DNA of 64,000 bases, taken from contig JAMHVU010000071.1 in assembly GCA_035911355.1 (NCBI GenBank), positions 51,835 to 115,834 on the forward strand, in the 5' to 3' direction. Shown here piece by piece: positions 62,400 through 64,000 of the stretch; positions within the stretch are counted from its first letter, which is position 1; each line of letters begins with the position of its first letter. Under the pieces are notes generated by a model, which was not told the origin of the DNA, searched no databases, and was given only the letters and a program-made list of their open reading frames with translations. A program made the position numbers and the translations under genes. This DNA comes from Sphingobium sp. (GTDB lineage Bacteria; Pseudomonadota; Alphaproteobacteria; Sphingomonadales; Sphingomonadaceae).

Positions 62400-64000
62400 G
62401 TGATTCAACAAGCTCTGATCTGTGCACGCTACTGGAGAAATTCGCTCGCCGATGCCGAACTCGGCCAGGGTGCATTCAGCAATCGGGATGTGGCGGCGTT
62501 CATCACAGTCTCGGGCGCGGAACTGCGGGCAGGGCGTGTCGGACGGAACGCGATAGCGGCATTGTTCGGCGGCGAATATAAGGATGCAGAGAGTCGGCCG
62601 ATCCTGCTGCGCCCCTTCGTCTATCGCGTGCGCGCCCTGCACGGGCAAATGCGGTCGTCCTTGCCTGAAGTCCTGACGCCGATTGCGAGCCGGCTCACCG
62701 TTTTTCGTGACGGACGGCTTGGTCTGCCCACCAACACTGTAGTGCCACGGGATTTGCTGGAGCCGCTGGATCGCGACGCATGCACCATTGGTACGGTTGC
62801 GGCACTGGATGATTATCTCACATGCTCTCCGACTTCCGCTAAGGTGCCGGGAGAAGCGGATGGCTGGGAACGCTATCGGGATGAGTGCATCCGGCTTGAG
62901 CAGGCGGTGTTTCCGCAGCTTGCGGGAGATGATCGGTTTGCGCGTGCGGATGAAGGCCTGATTGAGGCGCACGCGAAGCAGGGTAGCAGTCGAACGATCA
63001 GTGCGCTGTATGACCATTTGGAGAAAGCGCAGCCGGACGCTCCGCTGTTCAATATATTCGCATCCGGGCGATTGACCGCGCCTGTTCCCTGTCTGCGGTC
63101 CCATAGCAGCTTCGCTGAAAGGCTGGGCCACTCAAGCCCCAGTTACGCATTGGCGGAGGCCCAACGAAAGGCGCTCTGCCATGTCCTCGCGATGGACCAT
63201 GGCGAGGTTCTCGCCGTCAATGGGCCGCCCGGCACCGGAAAGACGACCTTGCTCCTTTCCGTTATCGCCTCTCTCTGGGCAAAAGCAGCGCTGGAGAAAG
63301 GCGATCCGCCGATCGTGATTGCCGCGTCGACCAACAATCAGGCGGTCACCAACATTGTGGACGCTTTTGGCGCTGGTTTCGCCAAAGGAGATGGCCCGTT
63401 TGCCGGCCGCTGGCTGCCGGATATCGGGAGCTTCGGCAGCTATTTCCCGGCGCGTAGCCGGAAGGCACCCGAGGGTTATCTGACACAGGTGTTTTTCGAT
63501 CATGTCGAGGATGCCGATTATCTTGCGCGCGCGCACCATGCCTTTCTGAGTGCAGCGGCCGTGGCGTTTCCAAATGCCGGGACGCTGTCTGTCGAGAATG
63601 CGATAGCCCTGCTGCACCAGAGGCTTCGGCAACAGGCTGATGAGCTTGCGCAAATTCAATCCTCCTGGAAAGCGCTCGTTGCAAGCCGAGAGCGCATCCG
63701 CGCCATTCTCGGTGATGATGCCGCCGGTGTATGCGAGAAGCGGCGTGAAGCAGTTGAGCTGGCGGAGATCGCCGGCCATCGCGCGCAGGCATTGCAGGAG
63801 GTCTGGGATCAGCATCAGGCTTCGGAAGCTTTGTTGCTGGTTCTTTTTGGCTGGCTGCCGTCCGTTGCCGGAAAGCGCCTTGCCAGCGCACGGGCTGCGC
63901 TACGCCCGCATTGGCAGGGGGACATGCCCGGCTGGCGGCATGTGCGCGATGTCGGTCGGGCGATTGCACAGATTGTCGGGGATGCACGAGGTCGCCTTGC
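62400..64000 (+). CDS. Superfamily 1 (Upf1/DNA2-like) helicase, 3'-truncated by window end; absent from ORF track
   Basis: Hand-translated open frame from GTG 62400 to the end: MIQQALICARYWRNSLADAE...LAEAQRKAL...AVNGPPGTGKTT...STNNQAVTNI. Confidence 0.9.
   Translation, partial: MIQQALICARYWRNSLADAELGQGAFSNRDVAAFITVSGAELRAGRVGRNAIAALFGGEYKDAESRPILLRPFVYRVRALHGQMRSSLPEVLTPIASRLTVFRDGRLGLPTNTVVPRDLLEPLDRDACTIGTVAALDDYLTCSPTSAKVPGEADGWERYRDECIRLEQAVFPQLAGDDRFARADEGLIEAHAKQGSSRTISALYDHLEKAQPDAPLFNIFASGRLTAPVPCLRSHSSFAERLGHSSPSYALAEAQRKALCHVLAMDHGEVLAVNGPPGTGKTTLLLSVIASLWAKAALEKGDPPIVIAASTNNQAVTNIVDAFGAGFAKGDGPFAGRWLPDIGSFGSYFPARSRKAPEGYLTQVFFDHVEDADYLARAHHAFLSAAAVAFPNAGTLSVENAIALLHQRLRQQADELAQIQSSWKALVASRERIRAILGDDAAGVCEKRREAVELAEIAGHRAQALQEVWDQHQASEALLLVLFGWLPSVAGKRLASARAALRPHWQGDMPGWRHVRDVGRAIAQIVGDARGRL

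Overview
GC-rich alphaproteobacterial chromosome segment, most likely from a sphingomonad (Sphingobium-like gene content; inference). Core genes: folP, ilvB/ilvN/ilvC, miaA/serB, pyrB with a catalytically degenerate pyrC', nth/dapB, a thiolase, uvrD and fixLJ. Surface genes: two polysaccharide clusters (0.7-10.2 kb and 24-31 kb), the second ending in an exosortase/EpsI/EpsD set, plus a repeat-expanded PEP-CTERM protein at 45.5-48.1 kb. An accessory tract at 48-64 kb carries LysR pairs, a CzcCBA-type RND pump, a TonB receptor behind a ModE box, and a superfamily 1 helicase that the ORF track missed. The most striking element is a 3.1-kb, capsid-less, integrase-less phage-derived module at 31.1-34.2 kb. 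It joins a gene transfer agent (GTA) head-spike base/fibre pair to a full lysis cassette (holin, SAR-type endolysin, i-spanin with embedded o-spanin). Other candidates for undescribed systems are an orphan ParA/RHH/double-SPOR locus behind two CtrA-like boxes and a putative Mo-regulated TonB-dependent uptake locus. No rRNA, tRNA, CRISPR array or IS element was seen. Family assignments come from motif recognition only; no database search was run.
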